A DNA stretch of 64,000 nucleotides from Lama guanicoe (Eukaryota), in the NCBI GenBank assembly GCA_013239625.1, contig MU053557.1, forward strand, positions 4,246,123 through 4,310,122. Direction: 5' to 3'. Positions 53,869 through 64,000 of this stretch are shown piece after piece. Numbering within the stretch: position 1 is the stretch's first letter; every line of letters starts with the position of its first letter. Position numbers and translations under genes: made by a program. The notes beneath the pieces were generated by a model that saw nothing but the letters and a program-made list of their open reading frames with translations, was not told where the DNA came from and did no database searches.

Positions 53869-53900
53869 TGCAGTTCAAGATTTCTACCACTAGATGGCAA
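53869..53900 (+). promoter_or_regulatory. CTCF site: core CCACTAGATGGCA plus upstream module TGCAGTTC
   Basis: core at 53887-53899; TGCAG module starts 18 nt before the core. Confidence 0.7.
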
Positions 53901-54189
53901 GGTTGAGTTTTTCTGCAGGTGGAAGCATTGTGTTGTAGACTTCTGAGTGGGAGGATTTGCGTTAAACCAAACAAATCTCTAAAAGAAACAACAACTTTCA
54001 TTAATCTAGTTGTATGGGCATGTCTAAAAGCCATGCATACTTAGCCTAATGTCCCACAAATGCCAATAACTGTTTTCTTACTGTCTTTGCTATCTCTGCT
54101 CACTTCCCACCCCAGTCAGCTCTGGATACAAAGTCATTAGAAGGAGATGGTTTCCCTTGGTATGAGTAGCATCCATGGTTAGAAAATGA

Positions 54190-54960
54190 GGATGAATACT
54201 AGATGGTGGGGCTGGGGCAGGGGTCGGGGGGTAGTTTTGTATCTAAGAAGTTCACAGTCTTTTGGGGTAAACAGACCTTTACTCCAGTTATAATACAATG
54301 TACCTGATACTATAATGGTGATATGTAGACGATGCTGTGTGGACTTAGAGAAGAGAGGGACAACTCTTTGTTGAGGAGGGTGCAGGGAGTCCTCACATAA
54401 ATAGTTCATGGCCGGGATGGACCTTGAAGGATGAGTAGGAATTTACCAAGGTACAAAGGCAGGAAGAACATTCATTCATTCATCAAATATCTATTGAGCA
54501 TCTATCTATGTGTACCTGGCACTCCTACTGACCTTTGGGGATGTAGCAGTGAACAGGACACAAGGGTTCTGCCTTCAAGGAACTCATGATGCAATGGGAG
54601 ACATGCTTAATAATCAAGAGAGGAAATAGGTTTTTAAAAAGTTACAGTTTGTGGGAAGAACTATATTATATAGGGTAGGCCAGTGAGGCATCTCAGAGGA
54701 GGTTGCACTGCAGCTGCAACTGAGAAACACCAGTCATATGAGAAAACGGTGAGGTGGGAGCGGGGGCGTAGGGGATGCTTTTAGCAGACAGAATACTGAA
54801 CGCTATCAAGGAAGAAGATCTAGCCATTGTGAAACCACTTATGAAAAGTAGGGACACCTCCCAGTATATTTAAGGAACAGAAAAAAGCTCTTGTTGTACT
54901 AGGATGTACATTGGGAAAGGAAGAAAGAAATTGGTGGGAGCTGAGGCCAAAGAGATGGGC
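54190..54960 (-). mobile_element. LINE-2 fragments (two, nested or adjacent)
   Basis: gaccttgaaggatgagtagga; cattcattcattcatcaaatatctattgagcatcta...gcagtgaacaggaca. Confidence 0.75.
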
Positions 54961-55879
54961 AGTGTCCCATGGGTGGCAGGTCTCAGACTTTATCTTAAAA
55001 TCCAATCTTTCCCAAGCCAGTGTCAAACTCACCATTTCTGCAAGTCTCATTCCACCAGAACTATTATTTCCTTATTTTTCTTTCAATAAATGTAATTTTT
55101 ACATAAAATATTTTAAAGGAAAGTTTAATAATATTGTCACATATATTATATATAGAAGGGCAGTGTCATTTGCCACTAAGAATAGGTAACCAGAAAAATG
55201 AACATAAGACCAATAAAATTGTAAAATATCTCATATAACTCCTAAAATTTTCTCAAGTGGCTCACATCCTACATAGGATGTGGGAATGGTGGACACGAGG
55301 AATTTTAACTAGAGAGCTAAGGAGATGAGGTTGCATTTTGGAAATCAGCACTGGAAGTGCTATTCCATTTATATGTTCTACAAAAACGTGATGATGATCC
55401 TGGCAGCCATAATATCCCATAAAAGGGATATTCCTCGACAAAAACTGCTCCACCCAAGGGGCTTTCCAGTGGCGAGTTACATGAAGCCAATCTGAAAGCC
55501 CTGACAGATAGCAGGCTACCACACAAAAATTCAGGGAGAGACCGGGTAAGAATGACCTGCTCATTCAAATTCCCTTGTTTAGTATCAATTTCCTCCAGCT
55601 TGAGGAGGATCGCCTAGCTACTTGGCAGCTGTAAGTAAAGAGATTTAGATAAAGCTCCTGAAAATGAGGAACCAGCTCATAATTCTTGACTTGGGAAAGC
55701 CATAATACAAAATCTAACAGACTCTTTTGTTCTTCTTACAAATTCATATCTGGCAGCTTAGAGAAAGAAGCCCACTTAAGCACCCATCCCCTAGAGCAGT
55801 TTAGCTTTTTGTTTTGCCATTTGACAAATATTTATGAAGCACCTATAAAAAGTCAGATACTATGAAGAAATAAAAAGTG

Positions 55880-56932
55880 CTTAATGGTTTACGAATTCAA
55901 ATGCCAAACAGGTGCCAGGAGAGAAATGTTAATGAAAGAAGCAGCCCAGTATAAGACAATAGGGAGTGGTGGGGACTGTGGTGAACTAGAGAATGCAATC
56001 CCCACTTAAAAGGGGAAATTGTGACAGGGCTTAATTTCCAGAATATACAAACACTTCCTACAACTTAATAACAAAAACCCCCCCCAAACAACCCAGTCCA
56101 AAAATGGGCACAACCTAAATGTCCATTGACAGATGACTGGATAAATAAGATGTGGTATATACATACACACAATGGAATACTACTCAGCCATAAAAAATAA
56201 TAAAATAATGCCATTTGCAGCAACATGGATGGACCTGGAGATTGTCATTCTAAGTGAAGTAAGCCAGAAAGAGAAAGAAAAATACCATATTGATAGCACT
56301 TACATATGGAATCTAAAAAAAAGACAAATGAACCTATTCACAAAACAGAAACAGATTCAGACACAGAAAACAAATTTATGGTTACCAGATGTGGAAGCAG
56401 GTAAGAAGGGATAAATTGGAAGTTTGAGATTTGCAGATACAAACTACTATATATAAAATAGATAAATAACAAGTTTATACAGGATAGCACAGGGAACTAT
56501 ATTCAATATCTTGTAGTAACCCATAATGAAAAAGAATATGAAAATGAATTTATGTATGTGTATGTGTGACTAAAACATTATGCTGTACACAAGAGATTGA
56601 CACAATACTGTAAACTGATTATACTTCAATAAAAAATTTTTACAGGAAAGAAATATAAAAAAAAAGAATGAAAGGGGAAACCATTCTTCAGTTCCAGGTA
56701 ATAGTAGCAATGTAGGAATGTTGGGCCTGTGTTGGTAAGACTTCAGGTATTTCAACAGAAAAATTATTGCACAATGATCATTATATTTAGGGGGAAAGTC
56801 AGGAGTGGGAAGAATATCTCCATCATTTTAAAAGTTGGCAAGTAAATCAAAAAAGTTTTAAATACTCTGAGGGCCAAGGAAAATATATCTACAGACGGAA
56901 TGCAATCCAAGGGCCCCAGTGAGTGACCTCTG
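55880..56932. mobile_element. MER102-like hAT-Charlie element split by an L1
   Basis: caatagggagtggtggggactgtggtgaactagagaatg on the left; ccagtgagtgacctctg terminus on the right. Confidence 0.6.
56019..56670 (+). mobile_element. Camelid/artiodactyl-type L1 3' end with internal deletion of about 400 bp and 10-bp TSD
   Basis: TSD aaaggggaaa 56009-56018 / 56671-56680 at TT/AAAA; ORF2 end MEYYSAIKNNKIMPFAATWMDLEIVILSEVSQKEKEKYH. Confidence 0.92.
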
Positions 56933-58150
56933 GGTGTCACAGAGTCTCAGCCTTTTTGGGGCTTGTGTGTTAGGAGATAAGACATGTTCATAAATAACTC
57001 CAATACAGAACATGGTGATAAGTGTTGTGTGAACAAGACAAAGCACCGAAGGAATTCAGAGGAGAGAGGAATGACTGTGAAGCAAAGCCCTAAGTGGGGA
57101 GCAGGGGTTTCTCCCAAGGCTGTTTCTGGCCACATATCAAGGAACCCACTGAACTCAATGAGGAAGGGAAAGAGAGACTCCAGTGAGCCCAACAGGCTGG
57201 TCAGAGAAATAACTGACAACATCGGGTCGGAGCATCAGCATATCCCAGAAAGCATTTTCAAGATGCACATGTCTAGCTCTTAACTCAGACATCCTAAATA
57301 GGAATTTCTTGGGTTGAGAATTATGCACCCAAATTTCAAAATACATCTTTCGTTAATTCTTATTAGGGCACTTCATTAAGAACCTCTGCTCAAAGGAGGT
57401 GCCCCCACAATGCTGACTAAAACAACAGATGTAACTCTTCTGCTCTTCCTATTCCCCCAAATTCAAACAAACTAGGATCCGCAGGTTGCTGGATTTTCCA
57501 GCTGGGAGTGCACAGCTGGAGCCTGCACATGGGACCCCCAACCAAGGGGGCTGCCAGAGCCAAATCTGCTGCCCCTTTCACCATCGACCATCCCTCCCGA
57601 GGGGTTGCTTATCTCAGCACCAATTTACCCTAACAACTCCTACATCAGACTGTGCACCGTCCCAGAGAAGAAACGCAAAGAATGCAGTGTTCTTTGGCTG
57701 TTTGAATCACATACATTTCAAAAATCAATGAACCCTTTAACACACAGAAGTTGTGGCTTTCTTACAGTGCCCCTCCTCCTTTGAGCTCTGACCATGCTCT
57801 TCCAGTCCAGATTCCAATAAAACTGCAAGTTGTACATCCTTCTAGGCTGCGTACTGAAAGACTTTTGACAATGGGAAAGCCTTTAGACTTAAAATTAATG
57901 ACTCCATAAAGTTCTAGCAGCTGCCATTAAAATAGAAATGCTTGCAGTTTGCAAACCACATGTGCTGACCAAAATAAAATGAGGGGAAAACCCTTGAATC
58001 TTGCAAGAGGAACTGATCCCAGGAAACTTGAAGCTGCAGTCAGTAGGGTGGAAAGTGCCCATGCAGCTTGATTATGCTCTTGTGTACTCAACAAGGGGGA
58101 ATAACAAGCCCTTGAAACAACATTACTCATGTCGTATGTATTCTGTAATT

Positions 58151-58169
58151 TTATTTATTTATTTATTTA

Positions 58170-58222
<53 letters not shown>
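58151..58222. repeat. (TTAT)5(TTAC)13 compound microsatellite in the L1 tail
   Basis: counted directly. Confidence 0.95.
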
Positions 58223-58225
<3 letters not shown>

Positions 58226-58343
58226 TTTCAATTGAGTTACAGTCATTTTACAATGTTGTGTCAAATTCCGGTGTAGAGCACAATTTTTCAGTTATACACA
58301 AGCATATATATATTCATTGTCACATTTTTTTTTCACTGTGAGA
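58152..58343 (-). mobile_element. Very short young L1 3' end (same subfamily as 12316-12713) inserted in a MIR, 9-bp TSD
   Basis: near-identical to the reverse complement of the 12583-12695 3'UTR; TSD ctgtaattt 58143-58151 / 58344-58352. Confidence 0.92.
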
Positions 58344-59283
58344 CTGTAATTTAGAATCATGTTTACACCCCCGCCTCATTTCATTTTCACAGCAGTCTTG
58401 AGTGGTGGGCAGCACAGGATTACTATAATCGTTTTACAAAGAAACTGGGGCTCAGAGAAAGGCTGTACAGTGAATAAGTGATGTTGCTGCCAAACGTCCC
58501 TTCCCCCTTCCCCCAGTTTTCCTCTGGGAAACATCCTCCCCTGTTCTCAGTCCAAGTGTTTTGGAAGGATCTGAAAACACCATTTATCACTCTCAGGACT
58601 GGGCATGTGAATCACAGTATCAGACCTTTTGGGTCCCACACATTTCCTCAGGGATGAGCCTATAGACTTGGTTAGAGTTTACCAGATTTAAGACTCTTGT
58701 TGGTTGGTGGGGAGATGTGCCCACTTTTCTTATTACCATCTGTAATCATAGAGGAAAGTAGAACCACTGGAAGGAGAGAAACCTGGCCCAAGTGGAATGA
58801 TTGACTGTTCCTGTCTTGAAGCAACGACATTTTCTTTTTTCACTTAACCTAACTTGTGCTAGATTTATTGATAACTGTAACTGGAGAGTGATTCAAAATG
58901 TGCATGGTGTCTATTTCCCCATCACTTCACTTTGCTTGTGAGCAACACAGGTCTCTAGGCCCCCGTCAGCACCACCTTTCTGCATTCACGTGTTGTCAGT
59001 CGGCAACTTCTCTGCAAAGGCTGGGGAGGGACGAGGGCGGGAATACGACCAACTCTCTTTTTACCGTCTAAAAATTTCTAGCTACTCACCAGCCAGTGGT
59101 TTGTGTGTCCTTGGCTCAAGTGCACCCTCCCTTCCTGCCCCACCCCACAGTGGCCAGAGGGTGGGGGTGAGGAAAGGCCAATAGGTGATAAGGCACAGGA
59201 CGTGGTCACTTAAGCAGCAGAGGTTCAGAAAAGGCAGCTCCCTTTGAAAGAGGCTGTAGGCTCAGTAAACCTTTCTATAGCAC

Positions 59284-59870
59284 CAGTGCTTCTCAATGGA
59301 GTCTCAGAGATCCATAAAGTCTTGGGAATCCTATAATAATGTTATAATTTTTCATCTGACTTTTATGATCATTTAAACACTTTTAATACTTGGGTCACCT
59401 GCATTATTACCTCATGAGATTTCAGTGCCTGTATTTGTTGTGTTTATAAGCAAATTGGACTGAAGTAACACTACTTAGATGACATGGCTAATTAAAAAAA
59501 ATAGAGGCAGTCTTAATGAGTAAATGATGTATTCACAGCAAGTGAGAGCCCCATGATATCACAGAATTTCATGGAACAAAATTCTGCAGCAATGCAAAGA
59601 AAAAACCTATGATGGGAGATCTGAGGCTCAAGTGAGTGCAAACAAGTCAGATTCTAAAGGACTTTTCCGGAGCAGGTATGAGCACAGAATTCCCTTCAGT
59701 CAAACAGGATTATCCCTCACACTTAAATAAATGTGTCCACTTAATTTGTAGTTATTTTTTAATTTTATCTACATTTAATTTACAACTTTGTTTTTGCTAT
59801 TTTAATTGTATACAAGCTTAAAATGAGCAATTTACTCCTATTTTGTGTTTGTTTATATGTAGATAACATT
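59284..59870. mobile_element. hAT-Charlie-like DNA transposon remnant
   Basis: cagtgcttctcaa terminus; gatctgaggctcaagt...aagtcagattctaaaggact resembles the 3' end of a Charlie transposase. Confidence 0.4.
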
Positions 59871-61499
59871 CTACTAAGAGAAATGTCAACACTGGGAACC
59901 ACAAGAAATCTCTTTTTCCTTTAAAAGACTTGGTCAGTGTCTCAAGCTTGAAAACCATCATGGTAGCGTCTCTCCCCGAACTACCTGCCTCCTGCTGGTT
60001 CCCTCCCTGAGGCTGAGCCCTACAATGAATGCCCTTTCCACAGTTCTTCCTGCCTCTGGTCTCTCCACTTCTTAATCTACTCAACACACAGCTTATCTTC
60101 CTTACATTTTCTTCATGTCAGTCCTAGACTCAAGAACTTCCAGTAGCTTCCATATGGCTATCAAATGTAAGCCCGAACATCATTCCCTAACATTCCAGTC
60201 CTGACCCTGGCCCATCATAGCTGCTTTGTTTTCCTAACTCATAGTCTGTACTACTGTCATTTGAATTCTCTTATTTGGTCTCAAGCACTTCTTGTGCCTT
60301 TCTTTATTCTGTCTGTTCTGGTGCTCCTGACTCTGCCTCTCCATTGCTATTTTTCTCTATAAATTCTTCCCAACTACTCTGAGTCCTGTTTTAACTGCCA
60401 AGTCCTCTATGAAAACCCAGCCAATGGCTCCAGGCCACAGCAATCACAGTTCCATTCCTACTAGTAGCCTAACACCCACTGGAATTGGTCTGTATTTCCC
60501 GTACTTGATAGTCTTCAAGTTGTGTGCTGTCTGCTAATGTTATCTAATGTTTCCACTGACAGCTCTGCCCCACAGAGTCTCAGGATTTCTCATGGATATT
60601 TTATCCATGAGTAAGGCAAGTGGTGAAGCATTGCCTTCAGTTTCATTGTCCAGATGGAGAGAGTTCCTGAAAGTGCAGGTAACCAAGAATGAGAATAATG
60701 TTTTATAGAGTAGGTGCGTGTGTGTATTTGCTAAAATGTTATAACCATTAAAAAGGAAACAAGTTCTTCAGAAGCAAAATATTAAATAAAATGAATATAT
60801 GAGGCATACATACTTTTTCTTTCTTTCTGGTCTTAAATGCTATCAATCTTTGCTAACAAATAATTTTATTCTTTGTAGTTTTGCTGCTTGATAAGACTCT
60901 CCGTGAATCTTCAAAACTTTCACCTTAAAGTTAAGAGTTTTCCTTGGACATATTTATATCTGGTATCTTAAGAACATAACCCAATATGCTGTTAGATCAA
61001 CTCCCTTCTTCTCTCCTTCCTTCTCTCCCTCTCTCCCTTTTCTTTGCTTCTTTCCTTCCTTCCTTCTTTGCCTCAACAAACATTTTTTGAGCAACAGCTA
61101 TATCCCAATCTGGGTACTGTGTGCTTGGAACACAACAACAAGCCTGCCAAATAGGACCCCTCTATTAAAGAACTCAGCGTGAAACAGGCATCTCTATTGA
61201 AAACTCGACCTGCTTGCTTTGGACCAATAGAAACTCCATGTTTTTTTATTGTCAGCTAATGTAAGAAAGAAGCTGTTAAGAGGGAAAAAAGATAATGTCT
61301 CCTCTCTGCCTACCAACTCATAGCAATTTCAGCTTTTTATCCTTGGCCTTCAAAAAAAAGAAGGAATTGTAAGTCAGCACTGATCATGCTAAGTCTAAAA
61401 GGAATGGGCTGCACCCTGATCAGCAATGCTGAGATATGCTCAACGGGTCAACCCTCAATGGACCCACTGTAAGAAACTGCATGATTTGAATTATGTGAT

Positions 61500-61970
61500 T
61501 CCCAGAGGTCCCACTAGTCACAGTAGTCTTTGCATCTCCTTCAGTATCAGCACAGGGGTAGGCAGGTAGGCCAGGCCCTGTCACACAGAGTGTCCTTTCT
61601 GTTGACCACAGTGATGGTTTCACAGGAGTGTATGCAGCCTCAGCTGGGCCAATCTAAGTCCTTCCCTGGGGTCCTCTGCTTTGGAATAGAGAGTTTACTT
61701 TCTAGGTTCAAGAAGCAGAAAAAAATGTGAACCCAAATTTGCTTACTGCCTTATTGCCCCACAGATGAAAATTGCCCACCTGCTATATTTGGAAAGAATG
61801 AAATCAACCTATGGGAAAAAAGAGAGCTGAAAGAAGAAGAGAAAAGCTGTGTTTTGATGACAGTATCTGAGCCCCTCAGACTGGCTGTACATAAAGCAAG
61901 ACATCACACATGCTGTCTTTTGCACAGAATAGTTTTAGCTTATGTCATTTGCAGCTGGAAAAGTCTTGAT
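61500..61970 (+). mobile_element. MLT1K-like LTR
   Basis: gaccacagtgatggtt...cagctgggccaatc...tgatgacagtatctgagcccctcag...tgtcatttgcagc. Confidence 0.55.
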
Positions 61971-62459
61971 TTCTAGAAATTCCATTGGTTGGTCATTGTT
62001 ACCTGTGAAAGTTCATTAAAAGGTATTTTTCCTAATGCTTACTTATTATTTAAAGGGAAGCATATACACATGTATGTGTGTGTATGTGTGTGTGTGTGCG
62101 TATGAATGTTTCTTCTGAGCACATTAAAAACACCGAGGAGGAATTCTGAGAGAAGATTTAAGCCTTGAAAAGTATGGCATCCTCATAGGCAACCAGGGCC
62201 TATTAAGTCATAGATTAAAGCAAGTAAATTAATCCATTTGAAGAGCATTTGTTGCAGCAGTTACCTTTTCATTCCTTTGGGACTACGAATATAAATATGC
62301 AGAAAATTTTTTCTTTACCCAAAAGGTACAAACTGTACCTGCAGTTTAGGATTTTGCTCTAATCACTTAACAATACACCTTAAAGTTACAATAAAGCTCT
62401 GCTTCATTCTTCCCTTATGGTTTCATGCTTTTCCACTGTACAGATGTTCCATAAATTAA

Positions 62460-63298
62460 AAAAAAATTTTATCAAAATATAATTTATTTACAATGTTATG
62501 TGTTACTTTCTGGTACACAGCAAAGTGATTCAGTTTTATATACTTACTTTTTCATATTCTTTTCCATTATGGTTTATTATAGGATACTGAATATAGTTCC
62601 TTCTGCTATGCAGTAGGACCTTGCTGTTTAATCTATTTTATATATAGTAGTTTGTATCTACTAATCTCAAACTCCTAACTTATACCTCCACATCACTGCC
62701 CTCTTTAGTAATGATAGGTTTGTTTTCTATGTCTGTGAGTCTGTTTCTGTTTTGTAAATAAGTTCATTTGTATCATTTTTAGATTCCACATATAGATATC
62801 ATATGCTATTTGTCTTTCTTTTTCTGACTTACTTCACTTAATATGATAATCTCTAGGTCTATCCATGTTGCTGCAAATGCAATTATTTCATTCTTTTTTA
62901 TGGCTGAGTAGTATTCCATTATATAAATATGCCACATCTTCTTTATCCAGTCATCTGTCAATGGACATTTAGGTTGCTTCCATGTCTTGGCTGTTGTAAA
63001 TAGGGCTGGTATGAACACTGAGGTGCATCTTTTTGAATTAGAGTTTTCTCCAGATATATGCCCAGGAGTGATATTTCTGGATCATATGGCAACTCTGTTT
63101 TTAGTTTTTTAAGGAAACTTCATACTGTTTTTCACAGTGGCTGCACCAATTTACATTCCCACCAACAGTGTAGGAGGGTTCCTTTTCTCTGCACCTTCTC
63201 TAGCATTTATTACTTGTAGACTTTTTAATGGCCATTGTGACTAGTGTGAGGTGATAACCTCATTGTAGTTTTGATTTGCATTTCTCTAATAATTAGTG
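62460..63298 (-). mobile_element. Artiodactyl/camelid-type L1 3' end inserted in an older L1ME
   Basis: ORF2 end MFIPALFTTAKTWKQPKCP...AATWIDLEIIILSEVSQ; possible TSD ataaatt/ataaaatt; L1ME-like sequence flanks it (62290-62455 and 63300-64000). Confidence 0.9.
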
Positions 63299-64000
63299 AT
63301 AAAATTTTAATAGTTCTCTACCAAGGTTTTTTTGTTTGTTTGGTTGGTTTTCTTTCTTTCTTTCTTTCTTTTTTAGTTTCATGCTACTACAAAAAACAAA
63401 GCAACAAAGTATTATAATAAGCCATCATGTATGTACATCTTTGCTGTCCAAAAGATGGGCATTTAGAAGTTTGGCAGATTTTGTCAAATTGTTGTTCAAA
63501 GAAGTTACTCTAGACTGTGCCCTCACATGCAGCATATGAAGGTGAATCTCTGCCCAATTGCTATTCTTTTCAATATCTGCCAACTTTTTGGGTGGAAAAT
63601 GGTATTTCCATATTTTTATCCACATTCCTTTAATTATGAATGAGGCTGAACATATTCATAAATTTAGAAGCCATTTTATTTATTTTCTGTGAAGTCTCTG
63701 TTCATATCATTTATCCAATTTCATAGTTATTTTCCAAACTTATTATAGTTCTTTAACATAAAATATAGCATCTCTTCTTTCTTATGTATTACAATTAATT
63801 TTTCTGGATAGCAATTTTTACATGGTAGATGTATCATGCTTTTTATAGCTGCTAAGTTTTATGTCTTTCTTTGAAAGAATTTCCTCACTCCAAGCAAGAG
63901 TTTTAAAATACATATTGATTTTTTTAGTACTTGTATGATATCTTTATATTTAAATTTGTATTCTCGTGGAATTTATATGGGTAGGATAAGAATTGAACTT

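Noticed and set aside
55388..55504. C/D-box snoRNA-like pattern (GTGATGA...CTGA, internal hairpin aatatccc/gggatatt)
   Set aside because: No terminal stem, no clear C'/D' boxes and no rRNA-complementary guide that I recognise.
55262..55568. Overlapping minus-strand ORFs with slightly raised CpG and possible splice sites
   Set aside because: No homology recognised, and the splice signals are weak.
58129..58341. ORF with LLTY repeats
   Set aside because: Translation of the (TTAC)n microsatellite.

Overview
Repeat-rich, CpG-poor mammalian DNA, intergenic or deep-intronic. I recognise no protein-coding exon, RNA gene, CpG island or CRISPR array. The young LINE-1 3' ends match camelid (alpaca/camel) L1 as I recall it, and I saw no Alu, B1, Bov-tA, PRE1 or CHR SINEs, so the source is probably Camelidae. 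A large share of the window is layered transposon debris: L2, MIR, MaLR/ERVL LTRs, hAT and Tigger DNA elements, HAL1, and old and lineage-specific L1s, many nested and some with readable target-site duplications (TSDs). Every ORF with recognisable homology is an L1 ORF1/ORF2 remnant. The best lead is a 5.1-kb L1 with its 5' end, degenerate ORF1 and 3' end present but two clean ORF2 deletions that remove the endonuclease C-terminus and essentially the whole RT, making it a candidate member of a non-autonomous HAL1-like family. Other leads are a twin-primed 5'-inverted L1, a CTCF site with its upstream module beside a four-tetrad G4 motif, and several enhancer-like motif clusters. Family names come from recalled consensus sequences, not a database search, and boundaries of old elements are approximate. 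I found no convincing new biological system.
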